From: Victivallaceae bacterium
Lineage (GTDB): Bacteria; Verrucomicrobiota; Lentisphaeria; Victivallales; Victivallaceae
Assembly: GCA_045533055.1 (NCBI GenBank)
Contig: JAZSHD010000236.1
Span: forward strand, 4,160-68,159
DNA length: 64,000 bases
Reading direction: 5' to 3'
Part shown: piece by piece, positions 19,601 to 26,458 of the stretch
Numbering within the stretch: the first letter of the stretch is position 1
Layout: every line of letters starts with the position of its first letter
The notes under the pieces: generated by a model
Seen by the model: the letters and a program-made list of their open reading frames with translations, nothing else
Database searches by the model: none
Told to the model about the DNA's origin: nothing
Position numbers and translations under genes: made by a program

Positions 19601-20761
19601 AAGTTTTGATTTGAGAAAGTTATAAAAATCTTCTGAATTGGCTCTTTTTTCTGCAGAACCGATATATGATACATAATTGGCTCTACTTTTGGTGTTGCGG
19701 AAAATTTCCTGAAAACCCTGTTTCGTCAAATACTTTTTTACAAGATATTTCAGCTGTTTCAAGTCAGACTTGTGCTTTTCATAAATCTTCACTTTTGAAT
19801 CAGAAATGTTCTTCCCGCCGCCAATAATATCCGCAAGAATTGACCAATCAAAAACTTTTTTCATAAGAAGCAGCAGTGCTGCATCCTCTTCAGACAACTC
19901 AGAAAGCATTTCTGCAATTTTTTCATCATCAGAATCAAGCAGAATTTTTATATCTTCATACTTGGCAGAGGGAAAGAGTTTTGCAGCTTTCGTTTCCAAG
20001 CCGCACAGCAGCCGCAAGAATTCATTTTCATCAATCCAAGGTAATTCGTCTGAGGAAAGAGCTTTTTTAAATTTTTTGACCTGAAGAAATTCCGCAACTT
20101 TTTTCCCTTTATCAGATCTTGTCGACGCCGATTTCAAAATATTTCCGATGTCAGTGATTTTTACGCCAAGATGTTTCCACGAAAAGATATATCCATTATC
20201 TTCGACATAATTTTCCAATTCGTTGTAGACAGACTGAAAATCAATTAATTCATCAACTTTTTCTTTTGCAACTTCACAGAAAAAATGTCCCCTGTGAACA
20301 ACCAGCCAGGCACAGGCAAGATATACAAGACGAACATCATGCGGAGAATCGGAATCCATCAGTTCGGAAATAAGATGATGAATTGTTGGATACTGCTTAT
20401 AAAAATCAACATCTGTGTATTCAGAATCAGAGAAGATCGCAAAACGGGGTTCTGAGGCATCTTTTTGCAGAGCACTGCAGTCGATCCGCTTAAAAAAGTT
20501 CCGGTCAACTTTGTCGATTTCTACTGAAAAAAGTTCCCGCAAAAGCTGTACCCTCTGCTGCCTGCGGTCAAGACGTCTCCTGGCGGCACGATGAGTCCGG
20601 CGTTCTTCTGCCAAGTTTGCAGTTTCAAAAAGATGGACACCCCATATCGGATGCTGCTGGTACTTGATCAAATCATAATTTGTCTCCGTTACAGCGTACC
20701 CGGTCGAATTGGTCCCAACATCAAATCCGACAAAATAATCAAGATTTTTTTGATTTTTCAT
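16685..20761 (-). CDS. cas9: CRISPR-associated endonuclease Cas9 (type II-A, ~SpCas9-sized)
   Basis: 1358 aa. RuvC-I GFDVGTNSTGYAV; Arg-rich bridge helix RRTHRAARRRLDRRQQR; RuvC-II IFVEMARD; HNH EHIYPQS...NLVLVRSEINGAKSD; RuvC-III DLHHGKDAYLNIV. Confidence 0.97.
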   Translation of the reverse strand: MKNQKNLDYFVGFDVGTNSTGYAVTETNYDLIKYQQHPIWGVHLFETANLAEERRTHRAARRRLDRRQQRVQLLRELFSVEIDKVDRNFFKRIDCSALQKDASEPRFAIFSDSEYTDVDFYKQYPTIHHLISELMDSDSPHDVRLVYLACAWLVVHRGHFFCEVAKEKVDELIDFQSVYNELENYVEDNGYIFSWKHLGVKITDIGNILKSASTRSDKGKKVAEFLQVKKFKKALSSDELPWIDENEFLRLLCGLETKAAKLFPSAKYEDIKILLDSDDEKIAEMLSELSEEDAALLLLMKKVFDWSILADIIGGGKNISDSKVKIYEKHKSDLKQLKYLVKKYLTKQGFQEIFRNTKSRANYVSYIGSAEKRANSEDFYNFLKSKLKNMVIEDSADQSLFDQIGLDILSNKFLPKQVVTNNRTVPYQLYWNELNNLLSKASGYLPFLLECDKDGLSVKNKILSIMEFKIPYFVGPLNSHSNFAWLKRKTEGKILPWNFEKKVDLEASEEAFIKRMCNKCTYLPNEEVLPKHSLLYQRFEVLNLLNAIHINGAPVTTKCKQLLYDLFFKYSKITKKTILNCLKSNNLYNELDESCITGIDDTITASLSSWKIFNPFFEEKKLTESEAEEIIHQRSFTEDNLRYRNYLKKFQKLSDDDVKKLSFKKFQGFGRLSRKFLTEPGHFDVKTGGKLSIINMMWEYNLNLQQLMSDKYPFRKMVDAARREYYSERPQSLTNRLDEMYVSNAVKRPIIRTFTILDEIVKTMGKAPRKIFVEMARDVDSKEKGKRKLSRIVSLKKLYESIADDDIRRLSKELDSYDEAALQKDTLYLYFMQLGRDMYTGESISITGLSLCNKEHIYPQSKVKDDSLLNNLVLVRSEINGAKSDAYPLNADIRKKMTPFWKYLKDNGLISDEKFFRLTRSTSFSEDEKWGFINRQLVENRQSTKVLTELLKERYPDTEIVYVKAGLVSDFRHEFDLVKSRVVNDLHHGKDAYLNIVVGNVWHEYFTRNYFMEHSDEYSVKTKVVFGEKSRLKNRHSEIIWDGSRNIAQVKNILKRNYMHFTNYTFCQHGGLFDQTPKPATSGLIPLKKGKPTEIYGGYRKAAAAFFSFVLTEETVKKKTKKELTLVPVDLMIADKYLNDKAFAEMYVKIFIDPTGKKDFTVKFPLGIKPIKIKTVFEVDNGLRFILNGKSSGGSKLGVGIASPLLLDSYWERYIKRLESFYEKKRKNPKFMYSEEYDKFSVDSNVELYDALTDKLRTGMFAKRPANPLEYLEKGRDKFIALPPEKQAEILLGIIKCMGRSSGSGVDLSSIGGVENAAVTTLPSSLSNWKKTFSTVRIVYSDASGLHETKSVNLLDLI

Positions 20762-20789
20762 TTGACTTTTTTCTTTTCTATGTTATCTT
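20762..20789 (+). promoter_or_regulatory. candidate tracrRNA promoter (extended -10)
   Basis: TTGACT (20762-20767), a 16-nt spacer, then TGT-TATCTT (20781-20789). The -35 box starts 1 nt from the cas9 ATG on the other strand. Prediction only. Confidence 0.4.
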
Positions 20790-20795
20790 AACAAT

Positions 20796-20893
20796 TGTAG
20801 TCTGTGACCCCTATAAAACTGCACTACGAGTTCAAATAAAAATTTATTCAAATCATTAGCACAAGCTAAATGCACGTTGGTGCATCTTTATTT
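20796..20893 (+). ncRNA. tracrRNA: tracrRNA (predicted)
   Basis: GACCCCTATAAAACTGCACTAC (20806-20827) is a perfect 22-nt complement of crRNA repeat positions 9-30. A GAG bulge follows, then TTCAAAT, which pairs with repeat positions 1-7 as in the SpCas9 lower stem. Next come an AU-rich nexus-like segment, the hairpins TTAGC-ACAA-GCTAA and TGCAC-GTTG-GTGCA, and finally TCTTTATTT. The 5' end is approximate. Confidence 0.8.
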
Positions 20894-21006
20894 GAGAGCT
20901 CTTTTCCCTTTTTGTATTTTATTGTTCTGTTACTATACTCTACAAGAGTGGACTTCTTTAGTCCACTCTATGAAAAAATCAGGAAAATTTTTTATTATTT
21001 CATTTT

Positions 21007-21084
21007 TTACCGGGTTTCCGGGATGACCTCCAGCCAGTAGTTATTGGGCACACTTGTCATAACAGATAGTCCCCCATTATTCAT
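21007..21084 (-). pseudogene. remnant copy C of the VOC gene 3' end (25-codon mini-ORF MNNGGLSVMTSVPNNYWLEVIPETR*)
   Basis: Very similar to copy A across the whole mini-ORF, with similarity ending within a few nt of the ATG and the stop. It overlaps the last 8 nt of the RhuM-like gene in another frame. Confidence 0.7.
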
Positions 21085-22093
21085 CTTTTGGACGGTTGCG
21101 GAGCGATTCTTCAAGCAGTTTCAACTCCTGTAAATCTTCCCAATCAGCCTGTTTGGCGGCTTCTGTTTTACGCCTTTGGCTGAATACTTCGTAGCGTTCG
21201 CTTACGATTGTTTTCATCTCATTATTGCTGATTGAACCCGCGTTGTTCAATATTTCAAAACCGTTGAACTCCAATAACTGATTGACATTATTCCGCCAAA
21301 AATTCATGGTTAGAGAACGACGATTTTTGATCCGCAATTCAGCCGACTCCAAAAAGATCATGACCAGGCGGTTAAGTGAATCTATTTCATCCCGGCTTAA
21401 AAAGTTTTTAGCAATAAATATATCCCCTTTGCGGACGATCGATCCAGCCCAACTGGTCGCACCGAAATTTGGCAGTTCGGCTTGGGCTCGTTGAACAATG
21501 ATCTCTGCAGCTGTAAGATGAGTTACCGCATAAAGCAGTTTATTCTGCGTTTCAGCAAAGAACATCTGGGTCGATTTGTCAGTAGCATCGTAATCACTGC
21601 TCAAACTGAATAATTCCCGAACCTTTTGGTAAAAGCGTTTTTCCGAAGCCCGAATCTCCCGGATGCGTTCCAGCAATTCATCAAAATAATCAGGGCGACC
21701 GTCAGGATTTTTCAAACGGTCATCGTCAATGACAAAACCTTTCCGCATAAATTCAACAAGATTGCGGTTCGCCCATTGCCGGAATTGCACGCCCCGCTTG
21801 CTCCGCACCCGAAACCCAATGGCAAGGATCATATCAAGGGAATAATAAGCCACATTGTAATCTTTGCCGTCGGCGGCAGTTGTTAAATAAAACTTAACAA
21901 CTGAATTTTCTTGCAACTCATTGTCTTCAAATATGTTGGATATGTGGGTTGAGATGTTAGCTTTGGAGGTGGCAAAAAGTTCAGCCAACTGATTTTGGTT
22001 CAGCCAAACACTGCCGTCTTTAGCCAATAAAGAGATATTCACCTTGCCGTCAGAGGTTGAATAAATGATGATTTCTTCTGAACTATTGTCCAT
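21077..22093 (-). CDS. RhuM family (virulence-protein RhuM-like) protein
   Basis: 338 aa. IIIYSTSDGKVNISLLAKDGSVWLNQNQLAELF...HISNIFEDNEL...AIGFRVRSKRGVQFRQWANRNL matches the conserved RhuM N-terminal region as I remember it. Confidence 0.75.
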   Translation of the reverse strand: MDNSSEEIIIYSTSDGKVNISLLAKDGSVWLNQNQLAELFATSKANISTHISNIFEDNELQENSVVKFYLTTAADGKDYNVAYYSLDMILAIGFRVRSKRGVQFRQWANRNLVEFMRKGFVIDDDRLKNPDGRPDYFDELLERIREIRASEKRFYQKVRELFSLSSDYDATDKSTQMFFAETQNKLLYAVTHLTAAEIIVQRAQAELPNFGATSWAGSIVRKGDIFIAKNFLSRDEIDSLNRLVMIFLESAELRIKNRRSLTMNFWRNNVNQLLEFNGFEILNNAGSISNNEMKTIVSERYEVFSQRRKTEAAKQADWEDLQELKLLEESLRNRPKDE

Positions 22094-22115
22094 ACTATTG
22101 TCTTTCTGAAAATCA

Positions 22116-22490
22116 TCAATACCGGTTTTCCGGGATGACTTCGAGCCAGTAGTTGTTTGGGTCGGTCACGAAGTAAATTCCCATTTCGGGGTTTTCGTAG
22201 CAGATGCAGCCCATTTCTTCGTGGCGTTTGTGGGCTCCTTCGTAATCATCGACCTTGAATGCCAAATGAAATTCGTTGTCGCCGAGGTCGTATGGGCGAT
22301 CCATTTCCCGCAGCCAGGTCAACTCAAGCTGATGGCTTGAATTGCCGTCTTCCAGATATACGATGATAAAGCTGCCGTCTTTAGCGTTGATGCGGCGGAC
22401 TTCGTGCATATCAAAAGCATCCTGATAAAATTTAATGCTCTTGTCAAGGTCAAAAACGTTCAAATTGTTGTGAACCATCCGGAATTTCAT
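22116..22490 (-). CDS. VOC family protein / lactoylglutathione lyase-like (glyoxalase I)
   Basis: 124 aa from ATG 22490 (AGGAGAG upstream). MKFRMVHNNLNVFDLDKSIKFY...HQLELTW...FHLAFKV...YWLEVI carries the H/E/H/E metal-ligand pattern of glyoxalase I-type VOC proteins. Confidence 0.85.
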   Translation of the reverse strand: MKFRMVHNNLNVFDLDKSIKFYQDAFDMHEVRRINAKDGSFIIVYLEDGNSSHQLELTWLREMDRPYDLGDNEFHLAFKVDDYEGAHKRHEEMGCICYENPEMGIYFVTDPNNYWLEVIPENRY

Positions 22491-22748
22491 AGAAAATCTC
22501 TCCTGTTTTAATGTATTGCAAACAAAACATAATACCACAACACCCTAAATGCAAATTCGGAATGTTTTTTCTTGCTGATATTTAACTTCTTTTTTATCGA
22601 TGCTGTCTGGGGATGGGCTAAACACGGAGAATGAACAACTGATATTTTTTATTATGAAAAAGTTAAATTTTCACAATATATGAGATTATTTTTTCGTTTG
22701 AGGTTGATTTTTTACTTGAACAGTGTTATTTTATAACATGGAGGAGTT

Positions 22749-23504
22749 ATGCACCAGCGACAGAAAAAAATCCTTGATATGCTGCAGAACGGCAAACTTT
22801 TGATTCCGGAAGCCGCCGAAGCTCTGGGAGTTTCGCAAATGACTTTGCGGCGGGATCTGCGGGAGCTGGAAAGCCGGAAACTTTTGCTGCAAGTCAAAAA
22901 TGGTGCCATCCCCCACCCGGCACGCTACGAACCGGAAAACTCTTCGGAAGATGAACTCATGCTCCGGAAGTTTGCTCTGGCAAATCTGCTTTACGATACT
23001 GTTATGCCGGTGAACAGCCTTTTTATTTCCACGGGCACCACCGCACTGGCGTTTGCCAAAGTTATTGCCCGGCGGAACAATTTGCCCGTAACGGTAGTGA
23101 CCAATTCCCTGCCGGTGGCATCGGCACTTTTCAAGACCAGCTGCAAAGTTATTCTGCTGGGCGGGGAACTGCGAACCAATTCGCTGGATCTGATCGGCCC
23201 GGCGGCAGAGCGTAATTTGCTGGATTACCGGGTGGATTATCTGGTATCAGGCTGCGATGCGGCATTGTCGGAGTATGGATTTTACACTTCGGATGTAAGT
23301 TTGGCACAACTGGAACGCAAGTCCATCCAAATCGCCGAAAAGAGTGCCATTATAACTGACAGCAGCAAGTTTGCCCTGGGAGCCTTGACCCGTTTTGCCG
23401 CATTAAGCGACATAAATTTGCTGGTAACAGATAATCTGCTGCCGGAAAAAGATTTGCAAAATTTGAAAAAATCCGCCATAGAAGTATTGCAATGCGATTG
23501 CTGA
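22749..23504 (+). CDS. DeoR/GlpR family transcriptional regulator
   Basis: N-terminal HTH RQKKILDMLQNGKLLIPEAAEALGVSQMTLRRDLRELE plus a DeoR C-terminal sugar-phosphate sensor domain. GGAGGAG lies before the ATG. Confidence 0.9.
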   Translation: MHQRQKKILDMLQNGKLLIPEAAEALGVSQMTLRRDLRELESRKLLLQVKNGAIPHPARYEPENSSEDELMLRKFALANLLYDTVMPVNSLFISTGTTALAFAKVIARRNNLPVTVVTNSLPVASALFKTSCKVILLGGELRTNSLDLIGPAAERNLLDYRVDYLVSGCDAALSEYGFYTSDVSLAQLERKSIQIAEKSAIITDSSKFALGALTRFAALSDINLLVTDNLLPEKDLQNLKKSAIEVLQCDC

Positions 23505-23626
23505 AACAGTGAAAAATCAAAGTGCAAGGCTTTGTTCCCGATAAAGGTTGCTTTGGAAGTCTTGGAAAACCAACACCCTTTTCCCTTGTCCGCCGTAGCC
23601 TTGGCGAAGGTGGAAAACCTTTTACC

Positions 23627-23663
23627 GGCATTTATCTATTTGCGTTGCAAATAGATAAATGCC
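23627..23663. terminator. 17-bp perfect hairpin between convergent genes (probable bidirectional terminator)
   Basis: GGCATTTATCTATTTGC - GTT - GCAAATAGATAAATGCC, lying between the DeoR gene (+) and the lipoprotein gene (-). Confidence 0.6.
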
Positions 23664-23730
23664 CTTTAAGTTTTGAAAAAGACTGATTCAATATCTTTTC
23701 TGTTTATCAGCCGATATGGGAAACAGATAG

Positions 23731-25617
23731 TTATTTTATTGCCAGATCCAATGTCAGCGTGTTGCCGTTGAAGGGGATTTTTACGAGCTTATATATGCCG
23801 GTACGGTTGACCGCGGTGCCGGAATTTTCTGCAGCTTTGCCATTGCTTTGGCAAGTTAAAGTTTTGCCTTGCATAACAGCTGTAAAGCCGCTTCCATGCA
23901 ATGCTAGTTCCGGTGTGTTCATGCCGTCAGACTCCAGTACCGGTACGATCATTGCCGGATCTTTGGCTTCGCCGGCAACACTCATTTTCAAAACGAGTCT
24001 GCCCGGTCGGGTGATATCGGCTTGATAAGTTACGACCGTATCACCCATATCGTAAACAACTTCCCACACTCCGGGAGCAACTTCATGGTATCGGGCAACA
24101 TTTTCATCCCATGCAGCAAGGCGGCAGATATTGCCTTTTTTATCCAGCCATTGGGGAGCAACCGATGCCGGGTATTCATTGGGCTTGAATTCAGGATTGA
24201 TCTGATAGCCCAGATTTTTTTCCGCAAAGGGCAAGCTGGGCAGCAATCCCCACGGTTGACCTTTCAGCAATATTCTGCCCAAGCCGTTGGCATCGTGTTT
24301 AAGATTGGGTTTAAGATCAAACTCCAGATAGTTGCCGCTATAGTTGCAGAAGAGTTTGTAAAAGTTTTTGGTCAAACCAAAGCCGAAACCGCCGATTTCC
24401 GATACTGCGGGTGCTTCGGCAATAGTATCGTCGGCGTAAAGTGCCGCCAGTGAATAAACCGATCCGGCAAAGAGCGTGTAAACCGAATAATGCCCGTAAT
24501 AGTCGCAGCCGTGTTTGGTGGCAGGATCAAAAAAGTTTTTCAAATGGAAAAGTTTGCCGTCGTTACGCAATATGCCCCTTGCCGAACTCTTGGCCGCCAG
24601 ATGTGCCTGCCGCTTGAAAGCTCCCGCAAGTTTGGGGTCGGACTCTTTGAATCGCCGGGCGGCAAGTTCGCACAACGCACTTACGATGCCCTCCTGAAAA
24701 TAGAACTGGCTCGACCGCCCGCCGAAAGGTACTTCGCCGGTGGGTGCCATAAAAAGCAGTGTGGCATACATTGCTTCGTCAAGATTTTTTTCCAGAACAT
24801 CTTTCCACTTGCCGTTGTAGCCATCGAATAGTGCTGCTTCGTACTGCAAGCGGGTGGTTATATCGTAAGTTATGGGGTCAAGGGGATCACGGTACATGCC
24901 GTATTCGTTGAACCGCCCCAGCTGGTATTCCACATATTTATCAAAGTATTTATTGCCCCAAATGCCATTGTGCACACTGTTGATATTAGCGGATTGCCGC
25001 ATACTTTCCCCTGCCGAACTGTAAACCACCCAGTTGTGGAAGTTGGCAAGATCTTCGGGCTTATTACTTACATACTTATAGGTCTTTTCGGGTTCGACCT
25101 GCGATAAAAGATTTTTCCACTTTGCCAGCCGTTCTGCCGGGGCAATGTTCTTCAGGCAGTTGTACGCCGTGACCAGCTCCCGCATCCAGAAGTTGGGCGA
25201 ACGGTTGATGGCGTCAGCTTGAGTGAGCGTATAGCAGCAGTGATCCATGACTTTGTAGAGTTTTTCTTTGAACTCCGTACACCGCCCGAAATAGATCGCC
25301 ACAGCACAAGTTGAAGCAAAACGGGGCGAAGTTTGCCCATGTTCATATTTCAAAACCGGGTCGATGACTGCACCATTATCATCCACCCACGGTTCGGCGG
25401 TACGGACGATCCTTTCGATTATATCCAAATAAGCGGTGCGATTTATGTTGCTTGGCTGCCAATCTGCCGGAGCTGCTTTCTGCAGTATATTCTGCACTAT
25501 TTGGCAGAGCTTGACTTGAGTTTTTTCCTCTTGACTCATATTTTTACACCCGGTTGATGCCGCAATCAGCAATGTAACTGAAAACATGGCAAAGATTTTT
25601 GATTTATTTTTCCACAT
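23731..25617 (-). CDS. hypothetical lipoprotein (last gene of the 33076..23731 operon)
   Basis: 628 aa with lipoprotein signal MWKNKSKIFAMFSVTLLIAASTGC. No family was recognised by eye. Confidence 0.6.
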   Translation of the reverse strand: MWKNKSKIFAMFSVTLLIAASTGCKNMSQEEKTQVKLCQIVQNILQKAAPADWQPSNINRTAYLDIIERIVRTAEPWVDDNGAVIDPVLKYEHGQTSPRFASTCAVAIYFGRCTEFKEKLYKVMDHCCYTLTQADAINRSPNFWMRELVTAYNCLKNIAPAERLAKWKNLLSQVEPEKTYKYVSNKPEDLANFHNWVVYSSAGESMRQSANINSVHNGIWGNKYFDKYVEYQLGRFNEYGMYRDPLDPITYDITTRLQYEAALFDGYNGKWKDVLEKNLDEAMYATLLFMAPTGEVPFGGRSSQFYFQEGIVSALCELAARRFKESDPKLAGAFKRQAHLAAKSSARGILRNDGKLFHLKNFFDPATKHGCDYYGHYSVYTLFAGSVYSLAALYADDTIAEAPAVSEIGGFGFGLTKNFYKLFCNYSGNYLEFDLKPNLKHDANGLGRILLKGQPWGLLPSLPFAEKNLGYQINPEFKPNEYPASVAPQWLDKKGNICRLAAWDENVARYHEVAPGVWEVVYDMGDTVVTYQADITRPGRLVLKMSVAGEAKDPAMIVPVLESDGMNTPELALHGSGFTAVMQGKTLTCQSNGKAAENSGTAVNRTGIYKLVKIPFNGNTLTLDLAIK

Positions 25618-25636
25618 AACAACAGTCCGATATGAT

Positions 25637-26458
25637 TTATTTACAGCAGAACTCCTGCCAGGAGTCCAGCATCACCTCAAGTTCCGGCAGATTTTTCCGC
25701 CAGAATTTTTCGTGTTCCAGCGTTACCGGCACCGTTACATTGTTTTCGCTCAACAATGTAAAAAGTTCATCCATAGGCACAAGACCTTCGCCGATGAGGT
25801 CGAATTCGCAATATTTCACCCCATCTTTGTAAGCGTAATGGCTGTCTTTGAAGTGTACGGCAACGATGTTGCCGGCGATTTTCTTATATGTATCAACAAA
25901 ATCTTCTCCGGCGATCTGGCGGGTGTGATGAGCATCCCAGATAATGGGCAGAGTTTCGCCGGAATATTCCTGCAATGCCAGACAGTGATCGCTGGTAGAG
26001 CATATATCGTGAGTTTCCAGTGCCAGACGGGCATTGAACTTCTGGCTCCGGAACCACTTCAGATTTTCCACGGCAGTTTTTATGCGGTCAGCGGTAAACT
26101 CTTCGCCGTAATTGCCGCCGCCGAAAATCCTTATATATGGTATATCAAAGTCATCGGCAGTGCGGGCGATCGCCGTCAATGCTTCCCGCTGACCGGGTTT
26201 GTCAGATGTTACCCCAAATGAACTGTCCAGCACCTGACAGCGACCGGCTGCTGAAAGTTCACGCATCACCGGTTCGTTTTCAGGGTAATAGAGCGTTTCC
26301 TGGGCGTTTACAGTATTATTCAGAGTACGGATCTCAAAATATTTTATTCCGTACCTGTCCGCCAGCTCCACAGCCTGCGGCAAATCATATTCCGGGCAGC
26401 CCAAAGTGGAGATACCCCAGTTGAGCTTGTTGTAACGGTTGACTCTTTCCATAATCAT
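25637..26458 (-). CDS. sugar phosphate isomerase/epimerase (xylose isomerase-like TIM barrel) family protein
   Basis: 273 aa from ATG 26458. This ATG overlaps the upstream stop codon as ATGA and is preceded by GGAG. YFEIRT...LALETHD...VHFKD... is a typical AP-endonuclease-2/xylose-isomerase-like TIM pattern. Confidence 0.75.
   Translation of the reverse strand: MIMERVNRYNKLNWGISTLGCPEYDLPQAVELADRYGIKYFEIRTLNNTVNAQETLYYPENEPVMRELSAAGRCQVLDSSFGVTSDKPGQREALTAIARTADDFDIPYIRIFGGGNYGEEFTADRIKTAVENLKWFRSQKFNARLALETHDICSTSDHCLALQEYSGETLPIIWDAHHTRQIAGEDFVDTYKKIAGNIVAVHFKDSHYAYKDGVKYCEFDLIGEGLVPMDELFTLLSENNVTVPVTLEHEKFWRKNLPELEVMLDSWQEFCCK

Noticed and set aside
20945-20969. A 9-bp-stem hairpin AGAGTGGAC-TTCTTTA-GTCCACTCT between the tracrRNA and fragment C. 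I considered it as a terminator.
   Set aside because: It has no U-tract on either strand in the correct position (the T-run precedes it on the minus strand and an A-run follows on the plus strand). I cannot support a terminator call. It may still insulate the RhuM and tracrRNA transcripts.
22491-22538. Upstream alternative start codons given by the ORF track for several genes (for example 22538, 33109, 33231, 36207, 39896, 44882, 46735, 50846, 60098, 26482, 27501, 2459, 8858 and 6247).
   Set aside because: In each case an internal ATG is preceded by a good Shine-Dalgarno-like sequence, or is coupled to the upstream stop codon, and gives the canonical protein N-terminus. The extended versions start at TTG/GTG or add non-conserved residues.
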